Shown here: positions 29,884 to 40,098 of the stretch, in pieces
Layout of the letters: every line of letters starts with the position of its first letter
Position numbering within the stretch: position 1 is the first letter of the stretch
Assembly (NCBI GenBank): GCA_903859215.1
Contig: CAIOLW010000365.1
Span: 854-64,853, forward strand
Direction: 5' to 3'
Length of the DNA: 64,000 nt
From: an uncultured bacterium
Lineage (GTDB): Bacteria; Krumholzibacteriota; Krumholzibacteriia; LZORAL124-64-63
Made by a program: the position numbers and the translations under genes
Notes under the pieces: model-generated
Told to the model about the DNA's origin: nothing
Databases searched by the model: none
What the model saw: the letters and a program-made list of their open reading frames with translations, nothing else

Positions 29884-31188
29884 ATGCACCAGCAGGTACT
29901 GATCGAGAAACTGAAGAACCGCAAGGCGCGCCTGAGCGTGCTGGGCCTCGGCTATGTGGGCCTGCCGCTGGCGGTCGCCTACGCCAAGGCCGGTTTCGAG
30001 GTCATCGGTTTCGACCTGTCGGCCGAGAAGGTCGACCAGGTCAACCGCAAGCACAGCTACATCATCGACATCAGCGACGCGGAACTGGCGGAAACCGTGA
30101 AGCCGGGCGGCCTGCGCGCGACGACCGACTTCTCGGAACTGGCGAACGTCGATGCCGTCAACATCTGCGTGCCGACGCCGCTGGGCAAGACGCGCGACCC
30201 GGACATTTCCTACATCCAGTCCGCGGTGGCGTCGATCTCGGCGAGCATGCATGCGGGGATGATCGTCATCCTCGAGAGCACGACCTATCCCGGCACGACC
30301 GAGGAAGTCATCCTGCCCATCCTGTCGAAGGACGGGCTTGAGGTCGGCAAGGACTTCTTCCTGGCTTTCTCGCCCGAGCGCGTCGATCCCGGCAACGCGA
30401 CGTATACGACGATCAACATCCCGAAGGTCGTCGGCGGCGTGACGCCGGCCTGCACCGAGGTGGCCCGCAACCTGTACGGCCAGGTCATGAACACGGTGGT
30501 GCCGGTGTCGTCGGTGCGCGTCGCCGAGACGGTGAAACTGCTCGAGAACACGTTCCGCAGCGTGAACATCGCGATGGTCAACGAGCTGGCGCTGATGTGC
30601 GCAGCGATGGACATCGACGTGTGGGAAGTCATCGCCGGCGCCTCGACCAAGCCGTTCGGCTACATGCCCTTCTACCCGGGCCCGGGCCTGGGTGGCCACT
30701 GCATCCCGATCGACCCGTTCTACCTGTCGTGGAAGGCGAAGCAGTTCGGCTCCGAGGCGCGGTTCATCGAGCTGGCGGGGCAGATCAACGGCTCGATGCC
30801 GAAGCACGTCGTCAACCTGACGGCGCGCGCGCTCAACACGCGCCAGAAGGCCGTCAACGGCAGCAAGGTTCTCGTCGTCGGCGTGGCCTACAAGCCGGCG
30901 ATCGACGACATCCGCGAATCGCCCGCCCTGGACGTCATCGGACTGCTGGTCAAGGACGGGGCCGAGGTTTCGTGGTACGACCCGCACGTGCCGTCACTGC
31001 CGGCGGGCATCCCCGGCAAGCGCCTCGAGACGTGGTCGAAGGCGTCGCTCGCGGGCTTCGATGCCGCGGTGATCGTGACGCCGCACCCGTCGGTCGACCA
31101 CAAGGTGCTCCTGGGCTCGGGCCCGGTGATCATCGACAGCCGCAATGCGCTCAAGGGCGAGCGGCATCCCGACCTGACCAAACTGTAG
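29884..31188 (+). CDS. nucleotide-sugar 6-dehydrogenase (UDP-N-acetylglucosamine/ManNAc dehydrogenase, TviB/WbpA/WecC-like)
   Basis: ATG at 29884. Rossmann motif LGLGYVGLPLAVAYAKAGFEVIGFD, catalytic-Cys motif GPGLGGHCIPIDP and VGVAYKPAIDDIRESPA. Confidence 0.88.
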   Translation: MHQQVLIEKLKNRKARLSVLGLGYVGLPLAVAYAKAGFEVIGFDLSAEKVDQVNRKHSYIIDISDAELAETVKPGGLRATTDFSELANVDAVNICVPTPLGKTRDPDISYIQSAVASISASMHAGMIVILESTTYPGTTEEVILPILSKDGLEVGKDFFLAFSPERVDPGNATYTTINIPKVVGGVTPACTEVARNLYGQVMNTVVPVSSVRVAETVKLLENTFRSVNIAMVNELALMCAAMDIDVWEVIAGASTKPFGYMPFYPGPGLGGHCIPIDPFYLSWKAKQFGSEARFIELAGQINGSMPKHVVNLTARALNTRQKAVNGSKVLVVGVAYKPAIDDIRESPALDVIGLLVKDGAEVSWYDPHVPSLPAGIPGKRLETWSKASLAGFDAAVIVTPHPSVDHKVLLGSGPVIIDSRNALKGERHPDLTKL

Positions 31189-31210
31189 ACGGCGAAGGGA
31201 AGCCTGAAGC

Positions 31211-32170
<960 letters not shown>

Positions 32171-32172
32171 AC

Positions 32173-33138
32173 ATGGCAGGACGTGACAGGACGGCGACAC
32201 GGGCCGCGATCCTCGTGGTGTCGGTGGTGTTGCTGCTGGCCGCGGCGGTGGCCTCGGCCCAGACGACGGCGGATGCCGGCGGTCTGCTCGCCGCGGGCGA
32301 TGTGCTGCAGATGGTCGTGCCGGGCCGCCCCGACCTCGACCGTGCGCTGGTGGTCGATGCCGCCGGCTGCGTCGCGATCCCGCAGGTCGGCGAGGTGCGG
32401 CTCCTCGGGTTGTCGCTCGCCGAGGCGGGCGTGCTGCTGAAGCAGCGGTTGCGCCTGATCACGCCGACGCTCGATGCCGTTGAACTGACGCGGGCCGCGG
32501 TCGTCTCGTTCCGCGTCTACGTGCTGGGCCAGGTCGGCCATCCCGGCTCGACCGAGTTCAAGCAGTTGCCGACGGTGTGGGAAGTCGTGCGCACCGCCGG
32601 CGGGCCGCTCAGGACGGCGGACTTGCGCCAGGCGCGGCTCATCCGCGAAGGTGCCGACGGCAAGCCGACCACCATCCCCCTGGACCTGTCGGGCGTGATG
32701 GACGGTTCGTCGTTCCCGACTGTCGAATTGAAGGACGGCGACACCCTGGTCGTGCCCGCGCTGGCCGAGGGCGTGTCGGGTGTTCCGGCGGTGAGCGGCG
32801 TGAAGGTTTTCGGCGGCGTCGGGGTGCCGTCGATCGTGGCCGTGAACGAGCCGACGCCGCTGATCGACGTGCTGATGCGCGCCGGTGCGCCGTCGTCGTC
32901 GGCCAACCTGAAGAAGATCCTGTGGGTGCACCCGGACGGCGGCAAGGACATGGCGAAGGTCGTCAACCTGCGGAAGTACCTCGAGAGCGGCGACCCGGCG
33001 GGCAACCCGCTCATCCACCCGGGCGACACCGTGGACGTGACGCTGTCGAAGCCCGGGAAGCTGCAGAGCGGGCTGGGCTACCTCCTGTCCATCGGGGCCT
33101 CGATGGCGGCGGTCTATGTCGTCGTCAGGAACCGCTGA
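32173..33138 (+). CDS. polysaccharide export protein (Wza-like; Poly_export + SLBB domains)
   Basis: ATG at 32173 and a signal peptide (AAILVVSVVLLLAAAVASAQ). Also DVLQMVVPGRPDLDRALVVDAAGCVAIPQVGEVRLLGLSLAEA and a downstream SLBB-like GDTLVVP. Confidence 0.8.
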   Translation: MAGRDRTATRAAILVVSVVLLLAAAVASAQTTADAGGLLAAGDVLQMVVPGRPDLDRALVVDAAGCVAIPQVGEVRLLGLSLAEAGVLLKQRLRLITPTLDAVELTRAAVVSFRVYVLGQVGHPGSTEFKQLPTVWEVVRTAGGPLRTADLRQARLIREGADGKPTTIPLDLSGVMDGSSFPTVELKDGDTLVVPALAEGVSGVPAVSGVKVFGGVGVPSIVAVNEPTPLIDVLMRAGAPSSSANLKKILWVHPDGGKDMAKVVNLRKYLESGDPAGNPLIHPGDTVDVTLSKPGKLQSGLGYLLSIGASMAAVYVVVRNR

Positions 33139-33156
33139 CCGTCGCCCATCGCACTG

Positions 33157-34143
33157 TCACGAGCCCGCCGGCGCCCCACGCGCCGGCGGCTCTGTTTCCA
33201 GGAGCAGGCGCCGGGAAGGGAGCCAGAACGCGAGACCGACCACGACGGCCAGCCAGAGCGTCACGATGCGGATGATCAGGGCGGCCGCTGCGGCGGGCGC
33301 ACCCGCCACGCCGACATTCCCGAGCAGCCAGACGATCGCGGCCTCGGTGCCGCCGATCCCTCCCGGCAGGAAGCTGAGCGAGCCGAGCAGGGTGGCCGTG
33401 GCGTAGATGAAGCACGCCGGGCCCAACGCCACGCCGAGTCCCAGCCCACGGCACACGAGCCACATCCCGAGCGCCTCGCAGGCCCAGGCGGCCGTCGACA
33501 GCACGATCGACCACGCGGCGACGCGAGGACCCAGCAGCGTCCCGAGGCCCGAGGCGGCGCCCTCGAGGCCGTCCTTGTACCGGGACAGTCGGGGGCTGGC
33601 GGCCAGGCGCGCCAACAGGCGTTCGCGCACGGGGCGGATGTGGAACAGACCCAGCAGCGCCGGCACGCAGGCGGCCGCGGCCAGTCCGCCTCGCGCGCCG
33701 GCCAGGGGTCCGTGCCAGGTGGCCAGGCCCGCCGCCGCCAGGAGCAGGACACCCAGGAAATCGTAGATGCGTTCGCTCAGCACGATGGGCACGCCGCGCG
33801 CAAGCGGCACCGCGAAGCGCTCGCGCAGCAGGGCGGCCTTGAAGACCTCGCCGATCTTGCCGGGCGTGATCACCATCAGGAACGACGCGAAGTAGAGGAT
33901 GGCCGAGGCGCGCCGCGGGATGTCGACGGCCAGCCGGCGCAGGTAGAGTTCCCAGCGCAGCCAGCGCAGCAGGTAGTTGGCCAGCGACAGCCCGGCCAGC
34001 GGAAGGAACAGCCCCAGCGGGAACCGGCTCAGGTGATCGCGCAGGTGTCCCCACCCGATGACGGCGGCCCCGGCCACATAGATGACAGCCGTCGCCGCCA
34101 CCACGAGGAAGATCCGGGCAATCCACGGGCGCGACCTGTTCAT
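33157..34143 (-). CDS. flippase-like / lysylphosphatidylglycerol-synthase TM-domain family membrane protein (UPF0104)
   Basis: ATG at 34143 (MNRSRPWIARIFLVVAATAV). About 8 TM helices. LRWLRWELYLRRL and ITPGKIGEVFKAALL are typical of this family. Confidence 0.65.
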   Translation of the reverse strand: MNRSRPWIARIFLVVAATAVIYVAGAAVIGWGHLRDHLSRFPLGLFLPLAGLSLANYLLRWLRWELYLRRLAVDIPRRASAILYFASFLMVITPGKIGEVFKAALLRERFAVPLARGVPIVLSERIYDFLGVLLLAAAGLATWHGPLAGARGGLAAAACVPALLGLFHIRPVRERLLARLAASPRLSRYKDGLEGAASGLGTLLGPRVAAWSIVLSTAAWACEALGMWLVCRGLGLGVALGPACFIYATATLLGSLSFLPGGIGGTEAAIVWLLGNVGVAGAPAAAAALIIRIVTLWLAVVVGLAFWLPSRRLLLETEPPARGAPAGS

Positions 34144-34369
34144 TAAAAAACGCCTTCCTATTCCGCAAAACGTTGAATTTGCAGAACTTGTGAGAAGTGT
34201 CAATTATGACCGATATCAGTCATTGTGGCAACCGTTAACACCCGCGGCGGCTTGGCGGGCCCACGCATGATAAGGAAAATAGTGGTTGCCAACCTGACCA
34301 CGTTGGTTTACTATCAAGGGGTCGATAAGGGCGAGGCGGTCTGGGCCTTGGGGGGATCCAGCCAATATC

Positions 34370-35257
34370 ATGCTCGCACCTAAACAACAGCATTTTCGGT
34401 CGGCACACATGGCGTCGCAATCGCCGACGGTGAGGACTATGGGCAAAAGGCTTTTCAGCGCTGACAGCGAGTCTGTCAAGCACGCGGCACTCGGCCTGGG
34501 GGGCGGGTCCGGCAGCAACGCGGCGGTGATGGCAACGGCTTCGGCCGGTGCGCAGGTCGCCGACGGTGTCGTTTCCGTACCGTCGTATTCGGGTGCGTTG
34601 CGCATGCCGGGGATGCTTTTCCTGGCCGCCAAGCGCGGATTCGACATCGGCGTGGCGTCGCTGGCGCTCGCCGTTTTCGGCCTGGTGCTGCCGTTGCTGG
34701 CCGTGATCATCAAGCTCGACTCGCCCGGCTCTGTGTTCTTCTCGCAGGAGCGCGTTGGTATCAACCGGCGCCGCGCCCGCAGCGGGCACGGCGGGGCGGA
34801 GCGCCGCAAGGTGCTGCAGCCCGGTCGGCCCTTCAAGGTCCTCAAGCTGCGCACGATGGGTGTGCACGCCGAAGCCGGCGGGCCGCAGTGGGCTACCAAG
34901 AACGATGTGCGCATCACGCGCGTGGGCCGTTTCCTGCGCAAGACGCGCCTGGACGAAGTGCCCCAGTTCCTGAACGTGCTGCGCGGCGAGATGAGCCTGG
35001 TCGGCCCGCGCCCCGAGCGCCTGGTCTTCGTGCGGCAGCTGGAGAAGGAGATCCCCTTCTACCGCGACCGCCTGCTGGTCCTGCCCGGCATCACCGGCCT
35101 GGCCCAGGTGATCAACGGCTACGATGACGGCATCGAGTCGGTGCGCCGGAAGATCGAGCTGGACCGCCAGTACATCCACTCGGCCGGTTTCCTGACCGAG
35201 TTCAAGATCCTGCTGGCGACCGTCAGCGTCGTGCTCAAGGGCGAGGGCGCCCGCTAA
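34370..35257 (+). CDS. exopolysaccharide polyprenyl glycosylphosphotransferase (second bacterial sugar transferase)
   Basis: KRGFDIGVASLALAVFGLVLPLLAVIIKLDSPGSVFFSQERVG, FKVLKLRTM and DVRITRVGRFLRKTRLDEVPQFLNVLRGEMSLVGPRPE. The start is uncertain (several in-frame Met). Confidence 0.85.
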   Translation: MLAPKQQHFRSAHMASQSPTVRTMGKRLFSADSESVKHAALGLGGGSGSNAAVMATASAGAQVADGVVSVPSYSGALRMPGMLFLAAKRGFDIGVASLALAVFGLVLPLLAVIIKLDSPGSVFFSQERVGINRRRARSGHGGAERRKVLQPGRPFKVLKLRTMGVHAEAGGPQWATKNDVRITRVGRFLRKTRLDEVPQFLNVLRGEMSLVGPRPERLVFVRQLEKEIPFYRDRLLVLPGITGLAQVINGYDDGIESVRRKIELDRQYIHSAGFLTEFKILLATVSVVLKGEGAR

Positions 35258-35441
35258 GCGAGGCGTGTACGTCGGGATTCAGGGACGGGGGCTGCGGCAA
35301 CGCGGTCCCCGTTTCGCTTGCCCGCGCAGCCTGTCCGATCGACCTTGCCTCGTCCGGCGGGCAGGTGCATAATGCCGCCGGAGCGGGGAGGACCCGCTTC
35401 CGCACGACGCCGTCGGACCCGAGATCCCCCGCAAGGACCCC

Positions 35442-36842
35442 ATGAAGCCCCTCATCCTGGTCATCGATGACGAAGAGGCGATCCGCCTGTTCCTGGAATC
35501 GACCCTGGAGGACGAGGGCTACGATGTGCGCACGGCCGCCAGCGGCGGCGATGGCCTGCGGGAAGCGTTCGCGCGCGTGCCGGACCTGGTGCTGCTGGAC
35601 CTGATGCTGCCGGACATGAGCGGCCTGCAGGTGCTCGGCAGCCTCAAGGAGAAGCTCCCGCACCTGTGCGTCATCATGCTGACGGCGTATCGCGAGGCCG
35701 ACACCGCCGTCAAGGCGATGAAGCTCGAGGCCTTCGACTACGTCACCAAGCCGATCCAGCTCAAGCACCTGATGTCCGTCGTCCAGAAGGGGCTCGACGC
35801 CACCGCCGACGCGCGCGAGCGCTTCCGGCGGGTGACGCAGTCGGACCTCTTCGGGGGCATCGACGACGTCGTGCCCAGCCAGAGCCCGGCGATGATGGAA
35901 GTCTACGACACGGTCCGCCGCATCTCGGCCGGCGGCGCCACCACCGTCCTGATCGAAGGCGAGTCGGGCGTCGGCAAGGATGTCGTGGCCGGTCTGATCC
36001 ACCGCACGTCGCCCCGGCGCGACTTCCCGTTCCTGGACATCAACTGCGCCGCCTTGCCCGAGCACCTGCTCGAGAGCGAACTGTTCGGCCACGAGAAGGG
36101 CGCCTTCACCGACGCCGTGACGCAGAAGCTGGGCCTGCTGGAACTGACCAACGGGGGCACGCTGTTCCTGGACGAGATCGGCGAGATGGCCCTGACCGTC
36201 CAGGTGAAACTGCTGCGGGTGCTCGAGAAGATGGTCTTCCGCCGGGTGGGTGGCCTGCAGGACATCGGGGTCGATGTGCGGATCGTGGCGGCGACCAACC
36301 GCAACCTTGCATCGCAAGTAAAGGCTGGGGGTTTCCGCGAAGACCTCTACTATCGCCTGAACGTGGTGCGGCTTGCCGTGCCGCCCCTGCGGTCAAGGAC
36401 CGAGGACATCGTCCCGTTGACGGAGTTCTTCCTGCGCAAGTTCGGCGGGCGATTCGGGAAAGACTTCAAGCATATCGGGAAAGATGCTGCCAATACGCTG
36501 CTTGGCTACCGCTGGCCCGGAAATATCCGCGAGCTGCGGAACGTGGTCGAGCGCGCGGTGCTGCTGGAGGAGGGGCCGGTCCTGACGGCTGCGCACCTGC
36601 ACCTGGGGGAGAACGGGGGCGGGGTCGACGTGGACCTGCCGACCACCCTGGCCGACGTGCTGGCCGGGCCCCTGCCGCACGACGGCGTGGACCTGGAGGT
36701 GCTGGTGGGACAGTTCGAGGAGGCCCTGGTCCGCAAGGCGTTCGCCGCCGCGGACGGGAACCAGAGCCGGGCGGCGCGCCTGCTCAAGCTGAACCGGGAC
36801 AAGTTCCGGTACCGGCTCCGGCAGTACGGGATCCGCTCGTGA
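35442..36842 (+). CDS. sigma-54-dependent Fis-family response regulator (NtrC-like)
   Basis: Receiver domain (LVIDDEEAIR...DLVLLDLMLPDMSG), AAA+ domain (GESGVGKDVVA, GAFTDA variant of GAFTGA, RVGG) and a C-terminal Fis HTH (GNQSRAARLLKLNRDKFRYRLRQYGI). Confidence 0.9.
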   Translation: MKPLILVIDDEEAIRLFLESTLEDEGYDVRTAASGGDGLREAFARVPDLVLLDLMLPDMSGLQVLGSLKEKLPHLCVIMLTAYREADTAVKAMKLEAFDYVTKPIQLKHLMSVVQKGLDATADARERFRRVTQSDLFGGIDDVVPSQSPAMMEVYDTVRRISAGGATTVLIEGESGVGKDVVAGLIHRTSPRRDFPFLDINCAALPEHLLESELFGHEKGAFTDAVTQKLGLLELTNGGTLFLDEIGEMALTVQVKLLRVLEKMVFRRVGGLQDIGVDVRIVAATNRNLASQVKAGGFREDLYYRLNVVRLAVPPLRSRTEDIVPLTEFFLRKFGGRFGKDFKHIGKDAANTLLGYRWPGNIRELRNVVERAVLLEEGPVLTAAHLHLGENGGGVDVDLPTTLADVLAGPLPHDGVDLEVLVGQFEEALVRKAFAAADGNQSRAARLLKLNRDKFRYRLRQYGIRS

Positions 36843-37366
36843 GGGCGGGGCGCGCGAAGCCGCGGGTGGCCGTTGCCGCCGTGGCGATGGTGCTGCTGGC
36901 GATGCTCGTGGCCGGCTGCGGCATCTACACGGCCAACAGCGGCCGCGTGGACGAGAACCGCAAGCGGGTGTTCGTCGCCTTCCTGGACAACGACACCCCC
37001 GAGGCCAACATCGGGGTGGAGCTGGGCGACGCCATCGTGGCGGCGCTGCAGCGGGACAACACGCTGAAGGTGGTCGGCGAAGACGTCGCCGACGCGGTGA
37101 TCACCGGCAAGGTGACCCGGTACCTGCTGCGCGAGATGGCCACGCGCGCGGACCTGACGGTGAACGAATACCAGGTGCAGATCGCCGTCTCGCTGACGTT
37201 CACGATCAAGAAGACCGGCGAGATGATCTTCGAGAAACGGACGTTCAACGGCTCGGGCAACTACGTGCTGAACGACCCGCAGGGGACGTCCGAGCAGACA
37301 GCGCGGGCCGAGGCGGCGGGCGAGATCGTGCGCGACATCCTTGCGCAGGTCGTCGAGGACTGGTAG
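36839..37366 (+). CDS. LptE-like LPS-assembly lipoprotein
   Basis: GTG at 36839 overlaps the regulator stop (GTGA). Lipobox LVAGC. About 175 aa, directly upstream of holA as in the E. coli lptE-holA arrangement. Confidence 0.6.
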   Translation: MRAGRAKPRVAVAAVAMVLLAMLVAGCGIYTANSGRVDENRKRVFVAFLDNDTPEANIGVELGDAIVAALQRDNTLKVVGEDVADAVITGKVTRYLLREMATRADLTVNEYQVQIAVSLTFTIKKTGEMIFEKRTFNGSGNYVLNDPQGTSEQTARAEAAGEIVRDILAQVVEDW

Positions 37367-37403
37367 GAGTGGAGCGGCAGAGGCACATGGAGGGTGGTGA
37401 CTG

Positions 37404-38471
37404 ATGGCGGTGCGTGGCGGACGCGGGGAACAGGGTGATCCCGGGTTCCAGGAACTGGTGCGCGACGACCTCAAGACGGGGAAGTTCCGGCCCGTGTACC
37501 TGCTGGCCGGCGAGGACGTCCTGCGCATCGAGGGCGTGGTCGAGAAGATCCGCAAGGATGCGCTCGGGCCGTCCGGCGCCGTCTTCAATTACCACCTGTT
37601 CCGCGGCGACCAGACGCCCGTTGCGCGCGTCGTGCAGCAGGCGCTTGCGCTGCCCATGCTCGGCAGTCGCCAGGTCATCTGGCTGAAGCAGGCCGACCAC
37701 TGCTTCAGCGACGCGGACAGCCAGGCGGCGCTCGAGAAATACCTGTCCCGGCCGGTGCCCGAGACCATCCTGATCATGTCCGCGGACAAGGCCGACAAGC
37801 GCAAGCGTTGGGTGAAGCTGTGCCAGTCAGAAGGCTGGTACTTCGACTTTTCGCCGCCGACCGGCGACGCGCTCATGCAGTGGATCCAGAAGGCCGCGCA
37901 GAAGGAAAGCCTGCCGCTGACGGCGGACCAGGCGCGCCTCCTGGTCGAGCTGGTCGGCAACGACCTGATGAGCCTCAAGAGCGAGATCGACAAGCTGGCG
38001 CTGATGGTCGAGGACCGCGGGCGCGCGCTGTCGGCCGAGGAGCTGAACGAGATCATCATGGACCAGGCCGCGCTCGAGGGCTACGAGATCACCGCCGCGC
38101 TCGAGCCGGGCCGCGCCGCCGAGGTGCTGCGCACCTGGTTCCGGCTGGCGGAGTGGGGGCGCAGTGCCCATGAGATCGCCCCCCTGCTCCTGTCCCGCGT
38201 GCGCAAGGGGGCCCTGCTGGCCGCCTGCCGCGACGAGGGCCTGCGTGACAACGAGATCGCCTCGCTGAGCGCCCAGAATCCCTACAGTTTCCGTTTCCTT
38301 GAACCCATGGTGCGCGGCATGGGCCTCGAAGGCCTCAGCCGCGGCCTGGATGTGGCCCTGGATGCCGACCGCCGGCTGAAGGGTTCGCCGCTGAAACCGG
38401 AGCTCGTGATGGAATCGACCATTCTTGAATTGTGCCGCCAGCCGGGCCGGTCGCGCCCCGGCAAGCGATGA
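37404..38471 (+). CDS. holA: DNA polymerase III subunit delta
   Basis: 355 aa with FRPVYLLAGEDVLRIEGVVEKI near the N-terminus and a LVELVGNDLMSLKSEIDKLAL middle domain. Confidence 0.8.
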   Translation: MAVRGGRGEQGDPGFQELVRDDLKTGKFRPVYLLAGEDVLRIEGVVEKIRKDALGPSGAVFNYHLFRGDQTPVARVVQQALALPMLGSRQVIWLKQADHCFSDADSQAALEKYLSRPVPETILIMSADKADKRKRWVKLCQSEGWYFDFSPPTGDALMQWIQKAAQKESLPLTADQARLLVELVGNDLMSLKSEIDKLALMVEDRGRALSAEELNEIIMDQAALEGYEITAALEPGRAAEVLRTWFRLAEWGRSAHEIAPLLLSRVRKGALLAACRDEGLRDNEIASLSAQNPYSFRFLEPMVRGMGLEGLSRGLDVALDADRRLKGSPLKPELVMESTILELCRQPGRSRPGKR

Positions 38472-38534
38472 CCGACCAGCCATCCGACCGACTGCAGGAC
38501 AGCCGCTGAACGGCAACCCCTGAAAGGATTCGAC

Positions 38535-38864
38535 ATGTCGACGACCCTGATGGAATTCACCGACGATGACTTCATGACTACGGTGATGAAGAACCCGCAG
38601 CCCGTGCTCGTCGACTTCTGGGCGCCCTGGTGCGGACCCTGCAAGGCGCTGACGCCGACCATCGAGAAACTCGCCGCCGAGTTCGCCGGCAAGGTCATCG
38701 TCGGCAAGATGGACATCCAGTCGCACCCGAAGTCGGCCGGCGAGCTGGGCATCCGGAGCATCCCGACACTGCTGTTCATCAAGGGCGGGCGGGTGGTCGA
38801 CCAGCTGACCGGGACAGTGAACGAGAGCCGCATCCGGGACAGGCTGGAGGCGCTGGTCGGCTGA
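38535..38864 (+). CDS. trxA: thioredoxin
   Basis: 109 aa with the WAPWCGPCK active site. Confidence 0.97.
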   Translation: MSTTLMEFTDDDFMTTVMKNPQPVLVDFWAPWCGPCKALTPTIEKLAAEFAGKVIVGKMDIQSHPKSAGELGIRSIPTLLFIKGGRVVDQLTGTVNESRIRDRLEALVG

Positions 38865-38936
38865 GGCGGCGGGCCGCCGCTTCCGGGCCCTAACTTCTAC
38901 TTAACATAATATACATTATGCGCAATTGTTGAAACG

Positions 38937-38972
38937 AGCCGCGCAAGCCTTTGGGGATGCGCGGCTTGTTTC
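38937..38972. terminator. bidirectional terminator hairpin between convergent trxA and the 38998-39348 gene
   Basis: 9-bp stem AGCCGCGCA / TGCGCGGCT with a 12-nt loop. T-rich tracts follow on both strands (TGTTTC on plus, CGTTTCAACAATT on minus). Confidence 0.55.
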
Positions 38973-38997
38973 GAAAGGTGTTTGGGGTCGGCCGGCC

Positions 38998-39348
38998 CTA
39001 CCGGCCGAACGGGATGCGCTCGGCAAGGTCGTCGAGGTACGGGATGCGCCAGTACTCGCCGAACAGGGCGCGCGTGAAGCCCATGACCGACAGGCCGAGG
39101 AAGGCCAGGTAGACGGCGAGCTTCAGCACGATGGTGATCAGGCCGCCGACCAGCCAGATGCGGCCGATGGTGTGCTGGATGATGAGCAGGAAAAGGGCCC
39201 CCACCACTTCGACGAAGAGCAGGGCGAACCCCTGCCGGCAGTGGCGGTCGACGAAGGGCGTGCGTTCGGTGGCCATCATGGGGACGACGACCAGGAACGC
39301 GGCGTAGCTCATGGCGCCGAGCCAGCGGTCTTTGGCCGTGATTTCCAT
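38998..39348 (-). CDS. hypothetical membrane protein (3 TM; DUF4870/Tic20-like layout)
   Basis: 116 aa with hydrophobic helices and a RHCRQG loop. High GC3. The family assignment is from memory only. Confidence 0.5.
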   Translation of the reverse strand: MEITAKDRWLGAMSYAAFLVVVPMMATERTPFVDRHCRQGFALLFVEVVGALFLLIIQHTIGRIWLVGGLITIVLKLAVYLAFLGLSVMGFTRALFGEYWRIPYLDDLAERIPFGR

Positions 39349-39494
39349 GGTGCTCTCCCCCTGCGGCTGTCGCGGCGGGGCCGCGGCGCGGAACGCTGCC
39401 TACGGGCACATATTAGCGCCCGGGCGGCGGATTGGAAACCGGGTGTTTGCAGGGTCGCGTTGCAGAGGCTGGCGCGGCGGAAGGTTGGACGATC

Positions 39495-39914
39495 GTGGGC
39501 CTGTTCAAGGGGAAACGCGGCGGCGGCTCGAAGTGGGACGACGTCGACTACCTGGACCTGGTGCCGACGCACCGCGTGGCGTTCGAAGAACGCCAGGCTG
39601 ACGGCCTCGTCGTGCTGCTGGTGCCACGCTACCGGGACGCCCTGTGGGGCCGCCTGCTGCAGCCCCGGCTGGGCCCGGGCAAGCGGTTTGTCCGCGTGCC
39701 GCTCGAAGCCCGGGGTTCGGCCCTGTGGCGGGCCATGGATGGCCAGGCGTGCGTGCGCGACCTGCTGCCGGTGGCCGAGGCTGCGGCGCCGGATGCCGGT
39801 GATGGCGGCATCGACGAAATGGCCCGCCGGGTGTGCCTGTACCTGCAGGCGCTGGTGGACAACGGGTTCGTGGCGGTGGCGCTGCCGGGGCGGATCGAGC
39901 GGCCCGGGACCTAG
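39495..39914 (+). CDS. PqqD-family (RRE-like) protein with an N-terminal extension
   Basis: GTG at 39495. The C-terminal half (PLEARGSALWRAMDGQACVRDLL....RRVCLYLQALVDNGFVAV) follows the PqqD pattern of a ligand-binding winged-helix domain. Confidence 0.55.
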   Translation: MGLFKGKRGGGSKWDDVDYLDLVPTHRVAFEERQADGLVVLLVPRYRDALWGRLLQPRLGPGKRFVRVPLEARGSALWRAMDGQACVRDLLPVAEAAAPDAGDGGIDEMARRVCLYLQALVDNGFVAVALPGRIERPGT

Positions 39915-40098
39915 AAAATGTGTTAATAGTCGTAGCTATCGCATTGTCATTTGAACAATTAGAGTTTCCATTGTTGACATGTGTGGCGGATGTGGGATGA
40001 TCTTCGCCCGATCCCGTCCAGGGCCCGCCTTCCGGGGCGAGGCCACTTGTGCCATGCCGTGTTTGCCGTCCCGTAGAGGGGGTGATCGATACGCCACC

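Noticed and set aside
34144-34369. Sigma-54 promoter (TGGCAC-N5-TTGC) in the divergent spacer upstream of the second sugar transferase, given the nearby NtrC-type regulator.
   Set aside because: Only partial matches (for example TGGCAACCGTTAAC) with wrong spacing or no GC dinucleotide were found. This is not good enough to report as a feature.
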